A stretch of DNA of 64,000 bases, taken from NCBI GenBank assembly GCA_964270895.1, contig OZ185445.1. One strand, given 5' to 3'. Both the position numbers and the translations under genes were made by a program. Below, piece after piece: positions 1 through 11,376 of the stretch (positions are counted from its first letter, which is position 1; each line of letters starts with the position of its first letter). Source of the DNA: Podarcis filfolensis. Taxonomy: Eukaryota. The notes under the pieces were generated by a model, which ran no database searches, was not told the origin of the DNA, and saw only the letters and a program-made list of their open reading frames with translations.

Positions 1-689
1 GTTGCTCTCAGTCTCCTCTGAAATTAGTGGGAATCAAGTTAATAATGACTTAGCAGTTTACAATGATTTCAGTGGGACCTAAGTACAACTCCATTGGCCT
101 GGATCCAACCCATTAGGGTAATTTTCTCTTGATTTTGCACAATTATTCTCATAAGGCCTTATGAATCTTGTTTTATAAATGCTTGAACAGCTTAAGGAAA
201 ACTAAACTTCTGAGAGTTTATTATTATTATTAAAATATGATTCTAACATAATTGAGCATTTATCTATTGGAGACCTAGGCATTCTTCTGGAAGACTGTTC
301 TTTCTACCAGAATAGAACTGCAAACCAAATGCTCGTTACTGTTTCAATAAAATAGAGGGAAAACAGCTCAATACGTTTTCTTGGAACAGTAATGAGCATT
401 TTATGTGGCATTACTAATCTTCAAAAAAAGATAGCTTTCAGTACAGTTCTCAGATTCCCTAATTGAAAAAAGACTTGTTTATGCTAGCATCACATTTTTA
501 TCGCCAAATAAACCGAAAATTATTTTTCCTCAAGCAGAAGAAGCTCCACAATTTGTGTGGTAAGCATGTTAGTTCTATATACCCTAGTGGGCTTTTAATC
601 CTGCTCTTCCTCCCAAAAGGAGCTTGGCATGGCAAACAACAAAACAGTGAAATCAATACAAAGGTTCTAAAAGCCAATTGAGCACATAC

Positions 690-722
690 CTTTCAGTGCT
701 CATGCTTTTTCTTTCTCCATCC
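690..722 (-). CDS. POLK: POLK coding exon (human exon 10 equivalent), DGERKSMSTER; gene continues beyond the left edge
   Basis: Minus strand reads ttttaaAG|g gat gga gaa aga aaa agc atg agc act gaa ag|GTatgt. It is 33 nt, the same as the human exon (DGERKSMSVER), and in phase with the previous exon. Confidence 0.93.
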
Positions 723-1112
723 CTTTAAAAAGAAAAAAAGAAGTGTGAGTGTCCAGGTGTGTTTATTTAACATTTATATATAATGATTTATCACCATTAT
801 TACAAATACAAATATACAGAACCCCACGTCTCCCCTCCCCCCAAAAATTATAATCACTATAGCTGGATACGATACAACAGGAATAAAAACATCTCTAATT
901 TAAGTTTCACCAGTTTTGGTATGTTGTCAGTTTCATAGTGCTCTTGAAAATGCACTTAGAAGAGCACAATAAAATTGAAAACGTACAAAGACTCACCAAC
1001 TAAGCTTCGTTCATTGAAAGATGCTGGGCAGAATTCAACACTGTGTAAGCAGAAATCACCATCCTCTCCCCTACTCTGCAGCCCCTTCAAGTACCCAATA
1101 TTTGCTCCAGAG

Positions 1113-1876
1113 CATGGGTAGGCAAACTAAGGCCCGGGGGCCGGATCCAGCCCAATCGCCTTCTAAATCCAGCCCGCAGATGGTCCAGGAATCACCGTGT
1201 TTTTACATGAGTAGAATGTGCCCTTTTATTTAAAATGCATCTCTGGGTTATTTACCGTATTTTTCGCCCTAAAGGACGCACTTTTCCCCCTCCAAAAATG
1301 AAGGGGAAATGTGTGTGTGTCCTATGGGGCGAATACAGGCTTTTGCTGAAACCTGGTGAGCACCGACCCCTCTCCCTCTCCAGGCTTCAGAAAGCTCTGC
1401 GCAGCCCGCGCTCCCGGGCTCAGCGCAGCTCGGCGCAACCCCCGGAGCCCGGCGCGAAGCCGCGCCTGGCTCCTGAAGGTTGCGCAGAGCTGCCTGCACT
1501 CCCGGGCTCGGAGCAGCTCCGTGCAACCCCCCGGAGCGATGCCGAAGCTGCGCGCAAGCTCCCAGAGCGATGCCGAAGCTCCGCTCAGCTTCGGCATTGC
1601 TCTGGGACCCGTTCTGGGGGCTGGGGTCGGGGGAAGCTCGGACTTCCCCTGCCCCAGCCCCGCGCCTGGGTGTGGGGGGGAAATAATTTTTTCCCCTTTA
1701 TTCCCCCCCCCCCAAATCTAGGTGCGTCCTATAGGGCCGGTGCGTCCTATAGGGCGAAAAATACGGTATGTTGCATAGGAATTCGTTCATTTTTTTTCCA
1801 AAATATAGTCCGGCCCCCCCACCAAGTCTGAGGGACAGTGGACCAGCCCCCTGCTGAAAAAGTTTGCTGACCTCTG
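1113..1876. mobile_element. Non-autonomous hAT (Charlie-like) MITE, interrupted by a Tc2-type MITE
   Basis: Imperfect TIRs CATGGGTAGGCAAACT / AGTTTGCTGACCTCTG, with a perfect 8-bp TSD CTCCAGAG at 1105-1112 and 1877-1884. Confidence 0.88.
1255..1766. mobile_element. Tc1/mariner Tc2-type MITE (long, GC-rich variant)
   Basis: TIRs CCGTATTTTTCGCCCTA.AGGACGCAC / GTGCGTCCTATAGGGCGAAAAATACGG, with TA on both sides. Confidence 0.88.
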
Positions 1877-2216
1877 CTCCAGAGGGTCCCCCAACCCTCT
1901 GGAGCAGATTTTGTGGCTGCAGGGGATCAGGGAGGAGGAGAGGGAGAGCCACTGAACAAGTGGAAATCTGTTCTGCTTGTACATGGAGAGCATTGGACAC
2001 AACCCACTGTTTTAAAAAGATATAAATGTATGTTGCTATTTTACAGTTAAGGATCTTAAGCAGGGCTGTGAAAGACTTCAAGCTCAAGAATACTGTGGGA
2101 ACGGTTAGAGGAAACATATTATTGACTTGGCTTTGTTCCTTTTATGTAACAATGTTACAAGCTAACAAAGATTTAGAAAGCATCTAAAATGAACACAACC
2201 CATTCACACAAAATAC

Positions 2217-2383
2217 CTTTCTAAATGGGTGGAACCCAAACCAAGGGAGATTTCCAAGAAATTACGCCAAGATGTTTCAGAGAAGAGAAGAGAAATTAGT
2301 GCCCTCTGCTGGTAAAGTTCTGAACAAGTCACGATGTTCAGAGCTTTAAGCATTTTTTCCATTACTTTTCCTATGCCAGGCAC
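2217..2383 (-). CDS. POLK: POLK coding exon (exon 9 equivalent), thumb/HhH region VPGIGKVMEKMLKALNIVTCSELYQQRALISLLFSETSWRNFLEISLGLGSTHLE
   Basis: ctctcttccAG|gtg...gaa ag|GTattt, 167 nt. Matches human VSGIGKVTEKMLKALGIITCTELYQQRALLSLLFSETSW. Absent from the ORF track. Confidence 0.96.
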
Positions 2384-2894
2384 CTGGAAGAGAGTTAATG
2401 CACACTAATAAAACAATGAACTTCCAGGAAAACAATGAAACTAACATTTCCTTTGGAAGTGAGAATATTCATCAGTCATAGTTATTTCCAGTGATTAAAG
2501 GTGGACAAGGTTCTGAGATTTGGAGCACTTAACATAAATTAGGAAAGGGCAACATGTGCTTAATTCATTAAGTTTAAATGTAACTTTAAAAAAATAATAA
2601 TGAATAATTATATGGCCCTGTTCTGTCCATGGCTGGTGACCCTATTACATTCTTCTGCATTGACATTTGGACAATCACCAATATTCAAACAGTTAGAAGA
2701 GCGGCTACCAACCTTTTCGTATCCATTGGCACATTTTGCATTTTAAGAAGGTAGTGTAGGCACCAGTCACAACATGGTTGCCATGGGGTGTGGCATAACA
2801 TAAAACTAGCGAGCACACTCATTGTTGCTTCATGCCCCTCCCCGAACAACCGCCTGCACACAGTAAGTTTGTTCTGATTACACAATATGGATTT

Positions 2895-2896
<2 letters not shown>

Positions 2897-2939
<43 letters not shown>
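2897..2939. repeat. (CA)n microsatellite
   Basis: About 21 uninterrupted CA units. A compound (CT)n(CA)n tract also lies at about 3425-3459. Confidence 0.95.
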
Positions 2940-2943
<4 letters not shown>

Positions 2944-3424
2944 TTGCTGCTAACAATATTCCCAAGTACCAGAAAAGATATACAAGGTGGCCACACCAAA
3001 CTAACTAACTCCCTCTCGCACTGACACACAGACCACAAATACATACATCCGTCTGTCTCTCACACATAGATGCAGACACCACTCTTCCTCCCTCCCTCCC
3101 TCCCTCCCTCTTACACTCACAGAGACACAGAGACCACACACACATACAGACTGAACATATATGAACATGGGGGGGCAGGGGGGCAGCTCCCCCCCAAAAA
3201 TCAAGTAAATAAATAAAAATACTTAATTAAAAGTATAAAATTGTAGAAAGATTTTGACAGATCTTTCTGAGCACTTGTGGTTAAAAGAAAGTAATTATAA
3301 AAAACTGTTGTTGAGACATCATTCTGAATCTGCTAGTCTGAGCCAGACAGGATGATAACAGGTGGGTGTCTTGCCCCCCTATAAATCCTGGCTACACCCA
3401 TGTGCATGCACACCTCATCCCCTT

Positions 3425-3459
<35 letters not shown>

Positions 3460-4440
3460 TTCAGGAACGCCCATCTACTGAGTGGACAGGACAATTTCTA
3501 TCACTCCTACCTGCCACTTAAAAAAATTTAAGCCACTCTGCAGGGATAAGCAATTGCCTGTTACCAGCTCCATGTGGCTGGTGGGCAAGAAACTGCTGAT
3601 GAGGAATCCCCACCAGTCCTTTTCTCCCCTCTCCCCTTGCTGAAAAAACCCTCTGGTGGCTAAGCAACTGCCTGCTCCACTTGGCTGGTGAGATAATATT
3701 CCTTGAGCATACAGGGTGATGCTCATTACTGCTTCTCTCCTCACCCCAAGACTTTGCTGAAGGAATCTCTGTGGGGCTAAAGCAACTGCACACTGCAACC
3801 TTGATGTGGCTAGCAGGCAAAAAATCACTGAGCAAATACAGCAATCCCTGTTACTGCTCCCAAACTCTGAGGGGAAAAAAGCTCTCTGTAGGGCTAACTG
3901 CTCTCTGCCTGCTCCACAAATGGCCATTGTTTCTTCTGCCACCACTCCCTCCCTCCCTCCCACCCACAATCAATAAAGCCACTCCACAGACTGAAACAAA
4001 GAGAAGCAATTTAATTTACAGACACCCCAGGTTGCTTCAGAGACCCGAAAAAGGCCTTCAAAGGTCCTGCATTGGTGACCCCTGAGCTAGAAGATTCAGC
4101 TGAACTGTAAAACATGTGCATTCAGATAGTTAAGAAATTTTATGCTGTGTAAAATGCATATATTCTACTGTGTTCCAACTCCAGCATAATTCCAAGAGCA
4201 ATATTAATATCAGTGCTTAAATTGAAAGGAAAAAAAAGAGGTTTCAGGGCTACAGCTTTCTGGAAGCTGAATATTTTATAGAAGCCCTTGATCTCTGTAC
4301 CTTTATTGGGGCCAGCTTCTTCAGAATGAACATTAAGCAAAAACAAATGAACAGACAGCTTGGGGGAGACACACACACACAATGCTGTTGAGCTTAACAA
4401 TAATAGCCCAAACTTCAGATTTTAGTAGACTATGCTAGTA

Positions 4441-5097
4441 CAGTGGTACCTTGGTTCTCAAACGCCTTGGTACTCAAACACCATGGTTCTCAAATGGCAA
4501 AAACCCAGAAGTGTTCCGGTTTTCGAACGTTTTTCAGAAGCCAAACGTCCGATGAGGCTGTTGGCTGTTGTTTCCGGGGCACCTGCACCAATCAGAAGCT
4601 GCGCCTTGGTTTTCGAACATTTCAGAAGTTAAACAGACTTCCGGAATGGATTAAGTTTGGCGCTTTTGTTTTTCCATTTTATTTTGTGTTTTTGTCGGTT
4701 AATTTGTTTTTGTGACTGTGTGGAACCCAGTTCAGCTACTGATTGATTGATTGATTATGTGACTGTGGAAATGGATAAAAGCCCCCCATTGAAACAATGA
4801 CTATCATCAGTGCAGGTAAAAAAATATATATATATATTAATTTTTATCATCTACAATACTGTCTTATTTATTTTATAGTGCAGTACACTGATTATTGCTT
4901 TCATTTTATGGATCAATGGTCACATTAGATAGTAAATTAATGTTAAATTGCTGTTTTAGGGGTTGTTTTTAAAAGTCTGGAATGTATTAATCCGTTTTGC
5001 ATTACTTTCTTTGGGAAAGTGTGCCTTGGTTTTGGAGCGCTTTGGTTTTGGAATGGACTTCCAGAACAGATTAAGTTTGAGAACCAAGGTACTACTG
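4441..5097. mobile_element. Tigger/pogo-type MITE
   Basis: TA|CAGTGGTACCTTGGTTCTCAAAC ... GTTTGAGAACCAAGGTACTACTG|TA. Confidence 0.88.
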
Positions 5098-7254
5098 TAC
5101 ATATATCTGATGACGGCACCCAGCATGGTCATGCAAATTGTAGGGCCCACCAAAGCCCACTGACATCACTTTTTCTTTTTTTCAGGGATGTTATAGGGAA
5201 GATTATGATGGGTGGCTGCAGGCTCAGCCTGTGCTTTGCAGCACACTTCCATATAAAGAATAAGGAAAAGGGTCTTGCCCACTGCTGTTGGGGAGGGGGT
5301 AGGCACAAGGGAGTCCACAACTCAGTCTGCCTAGAGCCCTCTCAAACCTGTTAGCACACCCTCCAACATTTCAGATGAAAACAGACACATTCCACATGCA
5401 AGGTTTATTTTGCAAGCTGCATCCCTCTGCTATGAGCACATTGCAGAAGGCTCTTAAATGCTTGCAGTGTTCATTTGCTCTGTACAGTTTTATCCTCCAC
5501 TGAAGACAAGAGGATGATTGTTACTTTGGTTACAGTTGTGCTAGGAAAACATAATGGGTTGGAAACAGAGAAACACATTTGGAAGGAGGAGAGCAGGTGA
5601 TTTTCCTGTCCTTCCTCTCAAGCAGTCCTCCAAAGCCTTGCAGCACATTCACTAAATATTTGTTCACCTCATTTTTCAGTGATTCCCCCAGGCCACTTGT
5701 GTTACAGCCCCTGAAAACAGCTTTTCAGGGGTGTTGGGACAGGGTGGTGGTGGCTGGAACAGAAAGAGGTGCAGGAAAAGACACCGGCATTTATTTCTCT
5801 GGAGCCAACCTAATACATTAGCAAAAGCACTGCACTGCTTAGTGTTTTAGTATTCCATGTGTATGCTTTCTGTGCCCTTAAAAATACCTATTTCCCATTT
5901 TGGGGATTTAACTTCTAGAGACTTGGGGGAGGGAGCTAAACCCTGAAGAATGACAACACAAGTACCTCCCACTCACATTTTAACATTTTTGCATATGTGC
6001 CAAATGCAGAAAAGGATCTGAGGTTACATCAAAACTACTGGGGCAAAAAACAACAACAATGCAGCTCTCTCTTTGGCAGCAGTTACTCTAAAACTAATCG
6101 GAACACAAAAGTCCTTTGTAAGGTAGAGAGCAAAGGCAAAGAAAAAGTGGTAATCTTTATAGTAGCAAAATCAGAGTTTAATATAGCACATTGGGATAGA
6201 ATAAACAGAAGCCAAACTAGATAGTATTACATGCTGGCAGAAAGCATATTTAATAAATTTCACCTATATGCAAAGTTATTTCACAGCTTGATCACTTTGT
6301 AACTTTTTGGCTGATCACATAAAAGGTATTATAACTAGCCATACCTGATTCTTGTTGTTTTGAGCTACCCTAAATGTTTGTCTTATTTCATATTTCTCAG
6401 ATTTTTATAGCACTTCTTAGCAAAGTACTCAATGCAGTTTTTGAAAAGTCTGAGTTCATAAACAACAGAACCATCATGAAACAACAAAAAATGAAAATAT
6501 TAACAACTCTGATTTTCTTGGTTCATGCTCTCGATACGAGAAAAGAATATAACATACAGATCAAATTATTAAATTAAAAAAGGGTCCTCAAAATCACAGG
6601 TCACCATCACAGCAAGTAAAAGGAATCTTACTCTTTGGAAGATATAAGAGTATTAGTCACACTGTGATGTTACAGCATAGCATTTCAGTGTCCAAGTGTA
6701 AATTATTACTTAAATTTCAGACCCAGTATACTGTGTTCTTCATCTCCAGTGATGTTATGAGGACCAAGAGTTTCCCAAGGCATTTACTATATTGTTCACC
6801 AAATAGTAACAGAAAACACTACAGGTGTTCGTCACATTTTCCCAGCAGGATCCACACAGGCATCTTCAGTATATTCCTGATGTGGGAAGTCCTCAGCCAA
6901 AAAAGATCTAACAAGAAGCCATGGATGGCACACATGCCCCTTAGAAACTGAGAAGTTTTGTATGTTCACTCTAACTTTGGCCTAAACCTTCACTTGCTCA
7001 AGTCCAACACAACAAACGGAAAGGGATACAAAAATTAAATGTTATCAGTGTATTTTGGGAGCATCCGTTCCCTACTCCCAGAAAGCTTTCAATTTTACAA
7101 CAAAATGCACACAATTTTATATGGGAGTTCATACTTCATTAAAGTATAAAATAGTAAAGGGTTAAATTTAGATGCAAAGAGGGTTTAAGACAGTAAACAA
7201 GTCTACCAGCAGTAATAAGGATGACAACACTGAATAATAAATAAATCAGCTCAC

Positions 7255-7379
7255 CTTTCTAATGGCTAAATCTTTGATGAAGTTCATCACAGCTTCTCTT
7301 TCTGGGGGGATTCTATATTGACCATTCGGTTTATTTTTATCACTGCACATTTTTGCTAACATCGTATTTGGAGCAATGC
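7255..7379 (-). CDS. POLK: POLK coding exon (exon 8 equivalent), GIAPNTMLAKMCSDKNKPNGQYRIPPEREAVMNFIKDLAIRK
   Basis: gcttAG|gc att gct cca aat...aga aag|GTgagc, 125 nt, containing the Y-family LAKxxSDxxKPNG motif. Confidence 0.96.
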
Positions 7380-8475
7380 CTAAGCGAGCAAACAAACCAA
7401 CAAAAAAACGTGAAACAAATACAAAACGCCAACCTGCTACTTCTGCTGCTAATGATTTTAGAAATAGTTATGATGAGGTTTGTGTAGTAAACAATAATCA
7501 TTTTGTTTTCGGTTGAATTTGTTTTTAAATATATATGCAGATCCTAACAAGTTTGACTGTAACAGGTCCTATGGAATTAAGTATGTATGCCGCCGTTCAT
7601 CCAAAGTCTATTGAGCAGTTCACACGTAAGAAAACAGCTGCATTTTTTTCTGCTGTCATTGTAAAGTTTCTGGACTAAAACCTTCCTACCCACACCCAGC
7701 AACACACAAGAATGTGAAAGGAACAGGAAGAAGAACATTAATATATGGCTCCAAACCACCTTAATCTGGCCTTGAACAGTGTTAATAGGTTGTTGAAGTG
7801 TGTATGCCCAGAGGTGCAGCGTATGCTACCGCCACTTGGGGCAGGCGGACAGTGCATGCCCCTGAGAGTCCAGGGTGGAGAGGGAGTCTGCTGTGGCTCG
7901 CCTTGCAAAGTGGCACAGAGGGTGCACTTGCACGTTGTAGCCCAGCCAGGGGAGGACGGGGGGCAAAGCTGCCACCAATTCTCATCTTCTTCGCTCCTGG
8001 GTCCAGCCTGACCTGGGAATGGAGCTGCGGCTGGCTGACAGCATTGGTTCATTACGCGAGGAAGCAGTCTCTACAACTTCCTTGCATGTCGGAGTCAGGC
8101 TCTGATTCACAAACCTGTCATGGCCTGGTCATGACCCCTCAAAAAAATGTGCCTGGGGCCGCAGCCTCCTCACCCACCTCACTATACCACTTTGTATGCC
8201 ATTACAAAGTAGACCAAGTTTAATAGCAAGGCTTCTATGTTGTTGGTTAAAGCCTGAAGAGTTCAGGACTTTCATTTATTGAGGTTGAGCACACGACTCT
8301 GATACAGCAGTTTTAGCAAGTCATTATGTTTATGTCAGTTTTTTTTTTCTGTACACAGAACCTGTGCATTTCTTCACATAACAAAGGTCTTATGAATCTA
8401 CTTTTAAACTCTTGAGATGTACTAGAGAAGTATTATGGAACTTTAAAATATTTCTAATAATATAAATTTGCTTAC

Positions 8476-8661
8476 CAGCACTGGCAGTAAGTCTTGTTTT
8501 TTGTTCAATCCTAAAGCGAATTTCCTCCACCACTTCCTCAGCTGATGCTCCAAAGACAACTGGCTTTATCTGAGTTGTTGACTGTTGGTGTTGTTGTTCT
8601 AGGTGCAGCAGAGAAGGGTGAACAATCTGCTTATACATCAGAGTATCAACATCAAACAAGA
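8476..8661 (-). CDS. POLK: POLK coding exon (exon 7 equivalent), ...LFDVDTLMYK...VVFGASAEEVVEEIRFRIEQKTRLTASA; 3' splice site uncertain
   Basis: The 3' half matches human VVFGTSAQEVVKEIRFRIEQKTTLTASAG, and the donor gct g|GTaagc at 8476/8475 is clear. The acceptor caccAG at 8662 is the only phase-1, stop-free AG I found in this frame (see findings). Confidence 0.8.
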
Positions 8662-10448
8662 CTGGTGAACAGTCATGTGTATCTTCACTCCAATTTGATT
8701 AATCATGTGTTGCTATATTCTGCTTGCCTCAGAATAAAAAGGGTCAGAAGCTATCAGAATTCTATAAGCAAAACTAATCTCATTTGCTAGTTCCCTTACA
8801 CAAAAAGTAAATGTCACCTTCCTTTTCCCTCCATTTTCCAAGCGCTTGTAAATATTTTTTACAAACAGCACAAAAAATTCTCATTGTTATTACTGTACTG
8901 CCAATTACCCCAAGGCTGGAAAAACTAAGTCCTGCCCAAATAAAGGAGTACAGTATGTTTACTGCATTTAAATGAGCAACATAAAAAAATTGCATGGATT
9001 AAAACTGTGTACATTTACATAGACAATACTTCTTTAGATTAAAAAAAAAACACCCTTTCAGCATTTACTTCTTATATGGTATTAGTTACTTTCAGTTCAG
9101 GTTCACAATGGGATTCACTCTAAGCCCACATATCAAAAAGCATCATCATGCATCTGTATGGTGCTTTCTCTAGGAATACCATGCTCAAAGTGGCTCACAA
9201 AAACACTGGAATAGTTTACCTAATAACATGCTTCTCAACTGTTTTGACCAGTGTACCTGTTGTAAGAAAACTTTGTAAAGAATTGATTGAGTACATGCTC
9301 AACAGTTATAACTGAAGCTGTTGGGCAACATGATACATTGTGTACAGTTGGAGTGTCACCCTGGTAATTATTAAACACTTGGTCAATGCTCATCAGCTGC
9401 TTAGCATAAGCAAGAATGCAGTGAGGAAATAACCTATTCTGAATGAATTATGCCACCAGCTGAAATGAAATGGGGAATCTCGCGCAGAATAGCATAAAGA
9501 ATTCACTTGGAATTCCAGACTGTGACATCATGATCCATAGCTTACTACTTGTCTCAACTTTGATAAGAAGTTCATAGGGCAATGTGGGGCCTGACAGCTG
9601 CAGCACTGTGAAGCGAAGCATGTGAGCAACTTGCTCCAATGAAATCTAGGACTGGACTGAAGCTTTGTATTCCTCCAGTGCCAGGTTTACCTCTCCCAGA
9701 CTCTGCTCCTTCGTTGAGGAATGTAATATCTTGAAGGAGAAGACCTTTAGCCTGTAGCCTAATATTTCCCATTCTCTCAGCCAATTCCCTACAGGTTCAA
9801 TGACTGTGTTGACAGGTCAAAATGGGGATTGCAAAGTCCCTAGTGTGGAGATGGATGTTTCCTAAGGAACAAAAGCTTCAAGGGTACAGACGCTGGAAAT
9901 TCCAGTTCAAAGGGCTGTGACTCAAAGTATCACAGTCCAATACTCCTAGGTCTGGTCATGGTGCTGGGGCCTGTATCAGTTTCCAGCATCTCCTCCTCCT
10001 GCTGCCGCTGGTCTTATTAATCTGGCCAGGCCTTCCTCGTCTGAACTGAAGTCAGAGCCCAGGCAGCTGCTCTGGATGGGGGTTGTGACATTTGCTTCTA
10101 TGCAGTGTTCACTTGGGTGCCAACACTGTTTTGAAAAAGTGATACCCTGAAAATTAGCACCATGAGACTTGTCGGCAAACTATTGCTCTTTTAACGATGG
10201 CTGCAACTCCCCACTTCTGAAAACATTAATTCCACTAAGTTTAATTACAATTGCAATATTAAAAAGGAAACTTCACTAGTGATTTCCTAAAGTGTTTCAA
10301 CTAAATTGCTTCAAGATTAGCATTACATGCAAGCAGCTAATAATGACTACTAATATTTAGCTACATGATTTCCTGACTTAGCAAGTCATAATATATAAAA
10401 GCAAGGTAAAATGTTCTTTTGGTCTGGCAGTTCCAGATAATTGCTTAC

Positions 10449-10602
10449 CATTTAGAGCAGAGTTGTATGTTTTGATGAAATGCTGCCTTTTGTCTTCAGG
10501 CCAGTTCTTTCTTTCTTCTAAGTACTCTGTTATGTTCAAGTAGGCTTCATCAAGCCCCATGGGCATAAAGTGGGAATCATATTCAGCAAGTATTTCCCTA
10601 AC
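10449..10602 (-). CDS. POLK: POLK coding exon (exon 6 equivalent) with catalytic DE: VREILAEYDSHFMPMGLDEAYLNITEYLEERKNWPEDKRQHFIKTYNSALN
   Basis: ttaccaAG|gtt agg...aat g|GTaagc, 154 nt as in human. Confidence 0.95.
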
Positions 10603-11246
10603 CTTGGTAAATATAATTTAAAAAAATGTAAAGTTGTGCTGCTATAGCAAAAAACATTTTTTAAAAAAATCATTTGAAGTACCATGCATTCAGTCAATAC
10701 CAACACTGTATCATTCATTCTTTTAAAATTCCATTATGATTGATCAATACTAGAAGAATTTTAAATCATAAATAATTTATTGACTTTCCAAATTTGTACT
10801 GCATATGGTTCACAGTTAGAGCAACCTCGCTAGAAATAAATGTAAAGTTATTTACTCAGATGTGTGAATGTAATTATTTTACTGTGTGTGAACCTCTTTT
10901 TAAGATAAGATTTATACATAAGATAAAGTGACAGATACTGGTTGATCTTTGCTACTTGCAAAATCAAAACAAATTTTCTTCAAATTTAAAGGAAGAAAAT
11001 GGTTTCCTCACATTTAAAGAGAGAATAGGGGTATGTTAAGTAAGCATCCATTTCTTCTCAGAGTTTATATAGGTTGACAGAAAAGAATGCTAATCTCAAA
11101 TGAGAATGCTATTCAATACAACATTATTAGGAGGTGCTAATTGAGGAAATAAATTTCCTTATCTTAAGGCTAGGTCTGTTAGGAGGAATTCATCCAATGA
11201 TGAGGAGGGAAGAAGTACCTTTCCCTCCTCCTTCCCACCAAACTAT

Positions 11247-11376
11247 AAGGTAAAGGGTAGGTAAAGGACCCCTGGACGGTTAAGTCCAGTCAACGGAGAC
11301 TATGAGGTGTGGTGCTCATCTCACTTCAGGTCAAGGGAGCTGGTGTTTGTCCACAGACAGCTTTCCAGGTCATGTG
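11247..11376 (-). mobile_element. Sauria-type SINE, 3' part (split by the L2 insertion)
   Basis: (ACCTTT)-like tail on the minus strand, aligning to the intact copies at 23489 and 30649. Left 13-bp TSD CCCACCAAACTAT at 11234-11246. Confidence 0.9.

Noticed and set aside
1235-1831. 198-aa and overlapping ORFs
   Set aside because: They lie in a GC-rich Tc2 MITE nested in a hAT MITE, give low-complexity Arg/Ala/Pro translations, and show no transposase motifs.
4140-4400. ORF containing ALGIM, resembling the POLK ALGII segment
   Set aside because: Chance match; the true exon is at 2217-2383 with correct length and splice sites.
9420-10090. Possible solo LTR starting TGTCACAACCCC on the minus strand
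   Set aside because: I could not find a matching CA end, a TSD or a second copy, so it is left unannotated.
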